Source: Eledone cirrhosa (Eukaryota). From it: a DNA stretch of 64,000 nucleotides. Below the pieces are notes generated by a model. That model was not told the DNA's origin, made no database searches, and saw nothing but the letters and a program-made list of their open reading frames with translations. Location of the stretch: NCBI GenBank assembly GCA_964016885.1, contig OZ024744.1:6510001-6574000 (forward strand), in the 5' to 3' direction. Made by a program: the position numbers and the translations under genes. Positions 23,536 through 37,916 of the stretch are shown piece by piece (positions within the stretch are counted from its first letter, which is position 1; the number at the start of each line of letters is the position of its first letter).

Positions 23536-25189
23536 TACAATATATAACAGTTTTACAAATAGCTTTGACGTACCCTTTAAAATGCAACCATTACTTTTGG
23601 AGGCTGTCTGGATAGTGATTTGTTTATATTATTTTAATAAGTCATAGGGTTAAGCACAATTAGAAAAAGACGGAGAGAAAGAAAAAAAGAAAGAAAGAAA
23701 AAAAGAAAAAAAGAAAAAAAGAAAAAAAGAAAAAAAGAAAAAAAGAAAAAAAGAAAAAAAGAAAAAAAGAAAAAAAGAAAAAAAGAAAAAAAGAAAAAAA
23801 GACGGAGAGAGAGAAAGAAAAACTGGAGAAATATCGGAGAGAGAGAGACATGTATGGAGAAAAGAAAGAGAGAAAAAAGGAAGAAATAAGAAAAAGAAAG
23901 GAAAGCAACAGAGAGATATCAAGTCATCATACAGATAGAAAAACTCAAGAGAGAGAAATACTATATAAAGAGAGGGGAGACAATGAAAATTTTACGTCAT
24001 GTCATATTAAGTTGAGTTAACAATTTATATGAAATGAATAATAAAAATATAAATATCAATATTCATGAATGGGACATAGATATATAATATGAGAAATTAA
24101 ACATTGTTCAATAATGACTATATGTTTAGCTTAAAAACTTGAGATCAATATACCAAAATCTGAGTTAAATCGTTCAAAATGTACCCTTGGCATAGAGATC
24201 AGTATCTTATGCAAAGACATACAAATATATATGTATATATATATATACACACACATACGCACGTCCTGAAAATAGAAATTATGTTTACTCAAGCCAACAA
24301 TATAGCCATACAAAACGTAAATGATTTCTCTTAATCACTGCTATACATTCCTTGTGTTATAAAAAGTTCACAGTATATATACATAAATATATACGATTAA
24401 TATTCATGTCCTCATATATACGATTACCATTCATGTATTTAATATTATGCATATCTGCAACATACCTCTCATCCACATAGATATATATACATACATATAT
24501 ACACATACATATGTATAAATAAATATTTGCGTGCGTCTTCACGCATCGCTCATGTATATATACAGACATATATACAAACACAAAAAAAATAATAACACTT
24601 TATATGCATGTTAATACACACATATGCATTTGTATAGAGATAATCACATATCAATATATTACTAAAGGATTATAACTTGTAAATATAAGCATAACAATAT
24701 AAATTTAAAATACCAAAGGAATATATTTTGGAAATGCAACTATATCAGTATATTCAAAAGAAATCTAGAAATATCAAAGCATTAAATATCTTTAAAACAC
24801 TATAGAGTATCTTAAGTTAAAATAATATGTTTTATATATTTAGTATAGAAATTTATCCTACGTATATCTCAATCAAGATATTGAAAGGGTAGACTTATGA
24901 AAGTTATGAGAAGCTATCAAAATCAAAACAAATAAATAAAAATAATTTAAAAGATTTAAAAAACCCAATGATTCTACAGATAACCTTATATTTAGTATAG
25001 AAATTTATCTTACGTATATTTTATTTAATACATTGGAAGTATAGACATTTTGGAGTAGTTTATTATATCCATGTTTATATTTAGGAAGAAAGTTTAAAAA
25101 GAAAAAGGTGAAGGAATCTAATGATTTATCGACAGGTTTCATATATTAACTAAATTACTTAATTAATTATACTACATTTTAAATTTATA

Positions 25190-27400
25190 TTAATATTTAA
25201 ACGTTGAGTTCAACCTATGTCTGCAGCAACTGAATAAATTGTTCCTTAGATTAAGGGAATTTTTGGACTTTAATATAAAGAATATTTCTTCAATACAAAG
25301 ATCACAATTTTCTGAAGAGGAATTAAAAGGAGTAGCTTTGAAATAATATTCCAATTCATCGAATATTTAATATTATCTCGTTTTAGGTCCCATAGTAGGC
25401 TAGATAGCGAAGTTGAAGGTTTTTTTGTTTGGATCTGTGAAAGAATTCTTATGATTATTGAAGCGAAATTTAAATTCTGTAGAGGTGGAACCAACATAGT
25501 TAAATGAATTTAAATTAGTTTTAACATTACAATTGTACACTACATTTTTAGCTAAGCAGTTGTTATTTAACGGACAGTTAGATTTATTTCTACAGTTACA
25601 GTTATTTAATTGAATATTGTTTGGGTTATTATTGGTATTTTGGTTAGGTTTTAAATTCCTATTATTAATTCTATTAATATTTTGTGCTAAATTTTTGGTG
25701 GACGAGTAAGTTAATTTTATAGTGTGTCTATTAAAAATTGAGTAATATTTGTGTGTTCTAGGGAAGCGTTTGTCAAGAGCTTTAAAGAATAGTTTAGCAA
25801 TAGGGGTTTTAATATTTAGTGAGAAAGGGGGAGCAAACCATAATATATTTCTATTTCTATTTCTTTTTCGGCTTTTGGTATTATTGTAATGTTTTCTATT
25901 ATAGTTGTTAAAGTTGTTACCGTAATTGAAATTGTTATTATTTTGGTTAGTTTGCTTATTATTATTATTATCGATGTATTTAATTTTATTTCTATATCCA
26001 GCTCTACCTAACGCTTCGTTGTAATACTCAGCTTTTTCATCAAATATATTTTTATTAGATGAAATTCTTGAAATTCGTTCTTGAACAGAGTTCACTATAG
26101 TATTTTTAGCAGATCTGGGGTGATTAGAGTTAAAGTTGACATAATTCAAGTTCTCATTTAGTTTGTGAAATGGATAATGAAGACATGTGTTGAGATTTAG
26201 TGTTACATCAAGAAAATTGACTATTCTATGGTTATTCTCTATTTCTATTTTTAGATTAAGGTAATTAAAAAATTGTATAATTTGTTTTCTTTTTCTATTT
26301 AGTTCACAGCTATTATTTTCTATAAGTAAAAGCATGTCATCACGATATAATCCTCCGGTTACACCTGGTATTTTTCTATGTAGCGAATTAATTATAAATA
26401 GGCTCACAAGGTCCGTTACCTGAGCTGAGTCTGATGATCCCATAGTTATGTCGAAATTATTATTTCTATCTGCCCTAGTCCAGAGTTGGTTATTAAATTC
26501 TATCAATGTTTTCCTTGCCGATAATATAATGTGCATTTCATTGCTAGTTAGGTCAGTATGTTTAAATGCGTAATTTAGTGCCTTATTCAGTAGATTAGGA
26601 GTGATAGCTGAATAGTAGTTAGCAATATCCAGCTGAATAAACTTATTATTATAGTTATATTTAATTTCTTTAAACGAATCAATAACCTCACTAGTCCCTT
26701 TCCATAATTTTAAGTTAGATAAATTAGGTAAGTTTATAATTTGTTGTATTCCCCTGTCTACAATATTTTTGCTAAGTTTTCCCAGGTCAGATTTGGATGG
26801 TGCAATTAATCTGACTGGTAAATCATTTTCAAAGTTTCTTTTGTGATCCTTCATATTGATCTTGGGTTTCCTAGGCATGAAGGGTTGTGTTTTATTCTCA
26901 ATGTCTAATTCATGCATTATACAAGATGCATCTGTATTCAGTTTTTCAAGTTCGTCCTTACTTGCTACCTTGTACGTTTTCCTTAGTTCTCTCAATATAA
27001 GGTCGTTATACATGTCCTTTTGTACTCCATAAAGGTTATTAGTTTTGTCCGACTTCACTAACATTTTCTCTGTTTTCTCCAAGTTTTCAATATGTTCCTT
27101 AATACATCTTAAGTAGTCCTGGCCTTTGAAGTTTCTCTTAAATTTGATGCCTTGGATGATAGATATTATATCGTTTTCAAAATCCATTAATAGTTTGTTG
27201 GGGGGTGGATTTTTTTTTAATTTGAAAATTTTATCCAGATTTGAAACATTTTCATTTAGATTAGATTTATCAAAGTGGAAAGCACGCCACCTGATTCTTC
27301 TTATAAAAGAGTCTGATTTTTCTATTAATTGTTTAATAAAATCTTTGTTCCTAGGTAGAGGTATGTCTTTTAGAGAAGAAGAGATCTTAAAGAATTCCAT
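25190..27400 (-). pseudogene. PLE RT-GIY-YIG ORF, full length with two 3' frameshifts
   Basis: SLKDIP..RRIRWRA, KSDKTNNLY, KDHK, RLIAPSKS, LDIANYY, ITMGS, LYRDD, NFLDVTL, CNC..CPL..C..VVY..YVG. C-terminus CDLCIEE..LN..SCCRHR lies in shifted frames. Confidence 0.9.
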
Positions 27401-27585
27401 TTTTTCAGTTATAATGTAAAGCGCTCAACAATATAGGAGCAGAATATATGCAAAAGTTCTATTTAAAGTTGTTGGGATACAACAAGTAAATATTTTTATA
27501 ACTGATATAAAGCACTCGACAAGTTTTTGGAGTAGATATACGATATTAATAAATGGAAACTATATTTATAAAACCATATTTATTT

Positions 27586-27643
27586 CATTATACATATTTC
27601 AGGGATACCACATTAAATTATGGTATACCTTCATCAGACAAAA
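27586..27643 (-). ncRNA. Hammerhead motif, PLE family 2, about 190 nt upstream of the ATG
   Basis: Same motif as 29051-29108. Confidence 0.6.
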
Positions 27644-29050
27644 TACAATATATAACAGTTTTACAAATAGCTTTGACGTACCCTTTAAAATGCAACCATT
27701 ACTTTTGGAGGCTGTCTGGATAGTGATTTGTTTATATTATTTTAATAAGTCATAGTGTTAAGCACAATTAGAAAAAGACGGAGCGAAAGAAAAAAAGAAA
27801 GAAAGAAAAAAAGAAAATATATTAAACATTATTTTAACTTAAGATACTCTATAGTGTTTTAAAGATATTTAATGCTTTGATATTTCTAGATTTCTTTTGA
27901 ATATACTGATATAGTTGCATTTCCAAAATATATTCCTTTGGTATTTTAAATTTATATTGTTATGCTTATATTTACAAGTTATAATCCTTTAGTAATATAT
28001 TGATATGTGATTATCTCTATACAAATGCATATGTGTGTATTAACATGCATATAAAGTGTTATTATTTTTTTTGTGTTTGTATATATGTCTGTATATATAC
28101 ATGAGCGATGCGTGAAGACGCACGCAAATATTTATTTATACATATGTATGTGTATATATGTATGTATATATATCTATGTGGATGAGAGGTATGTTACAGA
28201 TATGCATAATATTAAATACATGTATGGTAATCGTATATATGAGGACATGAATATTAATCGTATATATTTATGTATATATACTGTGAACTTTTTATAACAC
28301 AAGGAATGTATAGCAGTGATTAAGAGAAATCATTTACGTTTTGTATGGCTATATTGTTGGCTTGAGTAAACATAATTTCTATTTTCAGGACGTGCGTATG
28401 TGTGTGTATATATATATATACATATATATTTGTATGTCTTTGCATAAGATACTGATCTCTATGCCAAGGGTACATTTTGAACGATTTAACTCAGATTTTG
28501 GTATATTGATCTCAAGTTTTTAAGCTAAACATATAGTCATTATTGAACAATGTTTAATTTCTCATATTATATATCTATGTCCCATTCATGAATATTGATA
28601 TTTATATTTTTATTATTCATTTCATATAAATTGTTAACTCAACTTAATATGACATGACGTAAAATTTTCATTGTCTACCCCTCTCTTTATATAGTATTTC
28701 TCTCTCTTGAGTTTTTCTATCTGTATGATGACTTGATATCTCTCTGTTGCTTTCCTTTGTTTTTCTTATTTCTTCCTTTTTTCTCTCTTTCTTTTCTCCA
28801 TACATGTCTCTCTCTCTCTCCGATATTTCTCCAGTTTTTCTTTCTCTCTCTCCATCTTTTTTTCTTTTTTTCTTTTTTTCTTTTTTTTCTTTCTTTCTTT
28901 TTTTCTTTTTCTCCGTCTTTTTCTAATTGTGCTTAACACTATGACTTATTAAAATAATATAAACAAATCACTATCCAGACAGCCTCCAAAAGTAATGGTT
29001 GCATTTTAAAGGGTACGTCAAAGCTATTTGTAAAACTGTTATATATTGTA

Positions 29051-29108
29051 TTTTGTCTGATGAAGGCATACCATAATTTAATGTGGTATCCCTGAAATAT
29101 GTATAATG
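29051..29108 (+). ncRNA. Hammerhead motif, PLE family 2, inverted arm
   Basis: ttttgt CTGATGA agg c atacca taatttaatg tggtat c cct GAAA tatg TA taatg. Intact core and long helix II, weak helix I. Confidence 0.6.
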
Positions 29109-29241
29109 AAATAAATATGGTTTTATAAATATAGTTTCCATTTATTAATATCGTATATCTACTCCAAAAACTTGTCGAGTGCTTTATATCAGTTATAAAA
29201 ACATTTACTTGTTGTATCCCAACAACTTTAAATAGAACTTT

Positions 29242-29297
<56 letters not shown>

Positions 29298-29601
29298 ACA
29301 ACAGGAGGCTGGACTGGTGTAAATCCTTGAAAGGTTTATTATACTATGATCATTTCAATGTCCGGGTTCCATATGAATCCGGTGAAAAAACATTAGGTAT
29401 TCGAAATGTAACAAAGGAATATGTTAAAAAACCATGGGTCCGAAAAATCAGAGACACAGCTACACAAACGAAGACGGGTGAACTGCACTATGTTGAGTTC
29501 TCTCCACAATATTACACCAAGATTGATCATACGTAATGACCAATTCTATCCAGTGGTGAACCAACAAACCTAAAGAAGTTTATATATATATATATGTTTA
29601 T

Positions 29602-29814
29602 AACGAAGGAAGTGTGGTAAAGAACCGGGTGGACCATAACGGCGCAGAGTACTCGATACTTTGGGTAATAGAGAAATATTCAGGACTCCGACGACAACGG
29701 CTTGAGCTCTGCCGTCTTGGTACTGAACATTTTCCTATTACCCAATCTACTACACAAAGTATCGAGTACTCTGGTCCGTTATGGTCCACCTGGTTCCTTA
29801 CCACAGTTCCTTCG

Positions 29815-29815
<1 letters not shown>
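29602..29815. mobile_element. MITE-like fold-back in TA context
   Basis: About 63-bp imperfect TIRs (acgaaggaagtgtggtaa..gagtactcgatactttg / caaagtatcgagtactc..ttccttcgt) plus an inner imperfect stem. Confidence 0.75.
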
Positions 29816-29860
<45 letters not shown>

Positions 29861-29864
29861 CGAA

Positions 29865-30017
29865 AGTCATGCTTTCCAGCATAGTTACGTCTCTTTACGA
29901 TCTGATTTCCAATCCCGCCGAGGTTAACTTTGCCTTTCATTCTTACGGGGTCGATAAAATAAAGTACCAGTAATGTACTGGGTAATTGCTGGCCTTGTTC
30001 CAAATGTAGAAACAGTT
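29865..30017 (+). mobile_element. 5'-truncated tRNA-derived SINE
   Basis: Same core as 16360-16551. Confidence 0.8.
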
Positions 30018-30054
30018 ATATATATATATGTGTGTGTGTTTATATGTTTGTGTG

Positions 30055-30085
<31 letters not shown>

Positions 30086-30262
30086 ATGTGTTAGTATGTA
30101 TATATAGCGTTTCAATATAAATTTGAAAGAAAAAGCAACGGAAAGTAGCTCCAGCTAGATCCTGTCAAAAAAATGTCCATACGGTTTAAATACACAACAT
30201 ATATATTTGTGCGTATATATATATTTATACATACACACATACACACATATATATATATATAC

Positions 30263-31042
<780 letters not shown>

Positions 31043-31049
<7 letters not shown>

Positions 31050-32525
31050 TAACAGATTAAAGTTTAAGCAAAGAATCGCTGCTTTCACCCTTAACGGGAT
31101 CTTCTGAAACTAACAAAGTCAATCTGTAAACGCAGAACTGGATATTTCAAAAAACGTTGCAAAAAACGTTTCAAAAAACGTTGCAACAAATATATTGTCT
31201 ACAAATGTAAGGTTGTAACACCCACGTCCCGTAGGGCCTACATAGGGTTAACCGCCAATAGTTTCAAGCAGCGTCTTTACATGCATACCCATTCTTTTCG
31301 TTACCCTCTAAGAAGGAATATGACGTCACTTTCAGTTTATATCTGGAGTCTAAAAGACAACCACACCCAATATAAGTTACACTGGGAGATCCTAGCTAGG
31401 GCTAGATCGTATAACGGAAATAAAAGACCATGTGACCTCTGCGCCGCTGAGGCCCTGGAAATACTCTACGCCACAGACCACATCTTAAACAAAAGATCTG
31501 AGGCAATTTCGGCTTGTAAACATAAATTGCACAAAACTTTCCTGTATTACAGCCCCACGTTATACCCTAACGGATAGCACGATCTATACGTGGATATTTT
31601 ACGTCTTGATGTGGGAGCTAAGTATATGTTTTGTTTATTCCTTTACTTATTTGCATAGGTAAGTATATATTACCCGTATGTTTTGTGAAGATATGTATAC
31701 CTTCTCGTATGTATATTTGACTGTTATGGCTTATAATTTTTACATATTCTGGTATTTAGGGTTTGGTTATGTGTATATGGGAGTTTTGCGTCTGCGTGAG
31801 TATGCAGGTTCGTACGTATGGTGGGTGTGTGTATATGTGTACTTCTTGTTTTAGTTGACTTACGTCTCCGAACCTTCGTGTATTTATTTGTAGGTATGTG
31901 TGTGCGCTTGTTATATACGTATTTATTTACATATATACGTTTATATAATTATTTATTTATTTGTACACAAGCATACACACATACACATATTTATATGTTC
32001 GTGGTTTTGTATACCTATGGTAAGGTTTTGCGTATGCTTGTTTATGTACGTATCTGTTTACGTGTATGTATTTATTTGTTTCTATTACTTCTGTATTGTA
32101 TTTATTTACTTTGTTCTTAACTCTGTAGCGGAGATTCATTCGGTCTCCTAGTTAGAATTTTAGTCTACAACTTCTGCTATACCATTTACGTGGTTTTGTC
32201 TTTGCGTGCTATTGTTCTCCACGCTCCACATATGACCTATTAATTACGTATTATTCGTTTTTTCCCGTTCTTTGCCAGCGAACGTTACCACGAACCAAAG
32301 TATCGTCTTCCTGTCTTCCCCCGGTTGCAACGTTTTTTGAAATATCCAGTTCTGCGTTTACAGATTGACTTTGTTAGTATCAGAAGATCCCGTTAAGGGT
32401 GAAAGCAGCGATTCTTTGCTTAAACTTTAATCTGTTATTTTAATAAATATTTGCTCTTCAGTTCTTATATATCTGATATATATTTTCCTTATCGAGCCCT
32501 CTTTGGATTTTAGTCTTCAATTTTA

Positions 32526-32536
<11 letters not shown>
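31043..32536 (+). mobile_element. 5'-truncated PLE family 3 with short inverted 5' arm
   Basis: 31190-31577 encodes IVYKCKV..YIGLTANSFKQRLYMH..SLSVYIW..CDLCAAEA..LNKRSE (GIY-YIG). 31043-31160 is inverted relative to 32325-32443. (TA)n on both sides. Confidence 0.85.
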
Positions 32537-32556
<20 letters not shown>

Positions 32557-32559
<3 letters not shown>

Positions 32560-33201
32560 AAAACAAATAACGAAACGAAATTAAATTTCGTTTCGTTTGT
32601 AACTCACTTTTGTATGACTGACGCTCAAACAATTAAGTCAAAGATGTACATCCATATATGTATACTGAAATACTAGTATGTATATGAATACACACACGTA
32701 TACATATGTAGATGTACCAAGTTTTTTTTTCACTGATAACTTTACTGTGAGTGGCCAGCTATTCTGTATGTAAACACACAGACAAACCGGTTTTTAGAGT
32801 CATACTGGTTTTTGAGGAAACACCTTTCCTCTATTCTCCAGAAAGCCAGACAAGGAATATTGAACTAGTTTCGTTGTTGTTACAACTCATCAGCAATATT
32901 TACCTATCTTCCGGCCTCTCTAGAGAATCGTAAAAGCACATATCGCTATATGCTTTTTCTATGAAAATTAGTAGTGGGCAGACCAACTTGCATAGAGTGT
33001 GAGTAAGTACCGGTTCAACGGAGACGATAAAAACAAATAACGAAACGAAATTAAATTTCGTTTCGTTTGTAACTCACTTTTGTATGACTGACGCTCAAAC
33101 AATTAAGTCAAAGATGTACATCCATATATGTATACTGAAATACTAGTATGTATATGAATACACACACGTATACATATGTAGATGTACCAAGTTTTTTTTT
33201 C
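32557..33201 (-). mobile_element. Non-coding 470-bp tandem unit with hammerhead (retrozyme-like, family 4)
   Basis: 32557-32731 is identical to 33027-33201 (period 470). An HHR lies between them; no ORF. Confidence 0.65.
32856..32900 (-). ncRNA. Canonical type I minimal hammerhead ribozyme
   Basis: aatattg CTGATGA gttg taacaa caac GAAA ctag TT caatatt. 7-bp helix I, 4-bp helix II closed by G-C, palindromic CTAG, GUU cleavage triplet. Confidence 0.88.
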
Positions 33202-33265
33202 TTTTTTTTCTTTTTTTTTCTTTTTTTTCTTTTTCTTTTTTTTTTCTTTTTTTTTCTTTTTTTTT

Positions 33266-33324
<59 letters not shown>

Positions 33325-33551
33325 ATATATATATTTCGTTTCTGAATTTGTTTAGCAAGATTCTTTATCTGAAATCGTGTGTTGAAACCGATATTGTTAT
33401 ACTTTGGGAGGGTCATGTTGCCAATAAGAAACACACGCACCAGTTGCTTTCACTTCAACTTATTGTAATAAATTTATAATAAATTTATAAATTTATAAAT
33501 TTCTGGTTGGTTGGTTGGTTGGTTCCACAACCAGATAGTTGTTTATATATT

Positions 33552-33594
33552 GTCATAGTTCTTTCGTCACACACTATGTGACCTCTTCAGTGAC
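33552..33594 (-). ncRNA. Type I hammerhead, PLE family 1 (intact core)
   Basis: gtca CTGAAGA g gtcaca tagtg tgtgac GAAA gaac TA tgac. Confidence 0.78.
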
Positions 33595-34846
33595 TGGGGA
33601 TTCCTTTTTTTGTTTCTGTGCCTCTCCTTTGTTCTGTCCTACGCTATATTGTTTCTGTGTGTGTGTTGTGTGCTCAGTCTGCGCATGCGCCACATCCGGG
33701 TGTCTGTGTGTTTATGTTCATTTATTTATTTGTTTATTTACATGTTACTGGTTGGTTGTTTGTTCCATGTGTGTGTGTGTTTTCATTTTGTCCTTAATTG
33801 TAAGTTGTGATGTTGCTGTTCCACTCATATTTTCTATTTAATTTTGGTTGTAATTCTTTTATCTTTATTGCCTCTGTAATTTGTCTAAACATTGCGTCTT
33901 TTCTGTGTGTAGATTCTATTTTTATTTCTATGTTCTCTAATTTACCCTTGTGTTCTATTTTAGCATGTTGGCAGAGTACAGATGATTCTTTACTATCTTG
34001 AAGGTCTCGCCAGTGTTCATTTATCCGTTCCCCTACACTCCGAGCTGTCTCACCTATGTACACTATATTTTTGTCTCTACATTGTCCTTCAGTACATCTT
34101 ATGCTATACACTACATTTCTAGTTTTACAGTTAATATGGGGGCTTATTTTACAGGTTATACATTTCTTATCTATACATGAGGGTCCTTGAAAAGGGTATG
34201 TCTTGCTAATAAGTGTTTTTACGGAGGTACCTGGTCTTTCTACATAGCCTTTTCAAAGACCCTCATGTATAGATAAGAAATGTATAACCTGTAAAATAAG
34301 CCCTCATATTAACTGTAAAACTAGAAATGTAGTGTATAGCATAAGATGTACTGAAGGACAATGTAGAGACAAAAATATAGTGTACATAGGTGAGACAGCT
34401 CGTAGTGTAGGGGAACGGATAAATGAACACTGGCGAGACCTTCAAGATAGTAAAGAATCATCTGTACTCTACCAACATGCTAAAATAGAACACAAGGGTA
34501 AATTAGAGAACATAGAAATAAAAATAGAATCTACAAACAGAAAAGACGCAGTGTTTAGACAAATTACAGAGGCAATAAAGATAAAAGAATTACAACCAAA
34601 ATTAAATAGAAAATATGAGTGAAACAGCAACATCACAACTTACAATTAAGGACAAAATGAAAACACACACATAGAACAAACAACCAACCAGTAACATGTA
34701 AATAAACAAATAAATAAATGAACATAAACACACACAGACACCCGGATGTGGCGCATGCGCAGACTGAGCACACAACACACACACAGAAACAAAATGGCGT
34801 AGGACAGAACAAAGGAGAGGCACAGAAACAAAGAAAGGAATCCCCA

Positions 34847-34889
34847 GTCACTGAAGCGGTCACAGAGTGTGTGACGAGAGAACTATGAC
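34847..34889 (+). ncRNA. Hammerhead relic, PLE family 1 (two core mutations)
   Basis: CTGAAGC instead of CTGAAGA, and GAGA instead of GAAA. Confidence 0.6.
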
Positions 34890-35519
34890 AATATATAAAC
34901 AACTATCTGGTTGTGGAACCGACCAACCAACCAGAAATTTATAAATTTATAAATTTATTATAAATTTATTATAATAAATTGAAGTGAAAGCAACTGGTGC
35001 GTGTGTTTCTTATTGGCAACATGACCCTCCCAAAGTATAACAATATATATATATATATATATAAGCAAAGGAATTAGTGAATGAAAGAGTTACAAGCCCT
35101 TAAAACATATCTTTATATAGCTCTTACACGTGTTTCACCCAAGGGGTTTCGTCGGCGGCAGATATTAAAAGCAAAGTTTATAATTACAGACCCTAAGGGA
35201 TTAAATAATAATTTAACATCGCCATGCATAGTAATTGTAAATGTTATTGGTATAAATACGGTGAAAGAAGTATAGTTTGCTGAGAGAGGTAATTACCGGT
35301 GTCAGTATAAAGTTTACTGTGTAAGTTATGACCAGTACCAGCTATGGAAAAAAGATTAAAAAAAAGATTTACATATGTGGGGCTTGTCAACTCAGTATAA
35401 ATGGTGCCGTGTTTATGTGTGAATATGATAGACTATTGGTAAAGTGGTTAAACACTGCACACAGGTATACCTAATCCAGGGGGAGGGGGGGTATAAAATT
35501 AAAAAGTGGAGTTAAAAAC

Positions 35520-37000
<1,481 letters not shown>

Positions 37001-37084
37001 AATGTATCTATATGTATATATCTGTATGTATATATATAAACACACACATGTGTATACATGTGCACACACACACACATACACAGG

Positions 37085-37198
<114 letters not shown>

Positions 37199-37223
37199 TG
37201 TAATGACAACATAAGATAATTAT

Positions 37224-37281
37224 TTCATTTACCGGTGGTTTCTTGAAAGTGGATATATCTGTTTTCAGTCATCAGAATGAA
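37224..37281 (-). ncRNA. Type I hammerhead ribozyme (left arm)
   Basis: Reverse complement of 37407-37464 with few substitutions. Confidence 0.72.
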
Positions 37282-37406
37282 TAAAACATGGTGTTTTTAT
37301 TAAATATGGATTTGAAAACTTCTTCGCCCGTTGTTTCCTCAGCCTCACTTTCATATTTCTTATATTTAGATTTCAAATCCATATTTAATAAAAACACCAT
37401 GTTTTA

Positions 37407-37464
37407 TTCATTCTGATGACTGAAAACAGATATATCTGCTTTCAAGAAACCACTGGTAAATGAA
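37407..37464 (+). ncRNA. Type I hammerhead ribozyme (right arm)
   Basis: ttcatt CTGATGA c tgaaa-a-cagat at atctg-c-tttca a GAAA ccactgg TA aatgaa; GUA triplet. Confidence 0.78.
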
Positions 37465-37558
37465 ATAATTATCTTATGTTGTTCATTACATAACTAATAA
37501 GCTCTGTAACCTACATAGAGCACTCTTTTTTCCTGTACCTTTCCGACGGAATTACTTC

Positions 37559-37640
<82 letters not shown>

Positions 37641-37692
37641 TATTAAATAAAATATGTAAAATTTGGCTTCGTTTATTATAAATTATAGATAT

Positions 37693-37747
37693 ACTGCTAT
37701 ATATATTTCGTTGACAGCCATCATTGGCTGTGACTTCTTCAGGCAGT
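37693..37747 (-). ncRNA. Type I hammerhead ribozyme
   Basis: actgc CTGAAGA agtc acagcca atga tggctgt caac GAAA tatata TA gcagt. Confidence 0.75.
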
Positions 37748-37812
37748 CCGAATTGGTGTGGGAAAGACAGGTAGACATATTGTTGAAGTGTGTTTTACTC
37801 CGTCAATACATG

Positions 37813-37916
37813 GATATGTCCAGCTCCTGGTTGTGTTGTTATTCTTCTGAGGAACTGGAATCATATGATTCCAGTTCCTCAGAGAAATAACAACACAACC
37901 AGGAGCTGAACATATC
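37813..37916. repeat. About 104-bp near-perfect palindrome
   Basis: gatatgtccagctcctggttgtgttgttatt..ggaactggaatcat|atgattccagttcc..aataacaacacaaccaggagctgaacatatc. Confidence 0.9.

Larger units (their letters stand above)
23460..29246 (-). mobile_element. Penelope-like element family 2: full ORF, direct terminal repeats and inverted upstream copy
   Basis: ORF 27400 to about 25190. Segment 23460-23710 is repeated directly at 27568-27815. Segment 27815-29246 is an inverted copy of the 3' region and ends in (TA)n. Confidence 0.88.
33335..35046. mobile_element. PLE family 1, second fold-back insertion (GIY-YIG plus 3' region only)
   Basis: Minus arm 33335-34243, plus arm 34242-35046. ORFs 33794-34111 and 34332-34622 encode the GIY-YIG end. 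(TA)n flanks. Confidence 0.9.

Noticed and set aside
25190-27400. Naiad-type selenoprotein PLE
   Set aside because: The endonuclease is C-terminal and no in-frame TGA at Cys positions was seen.
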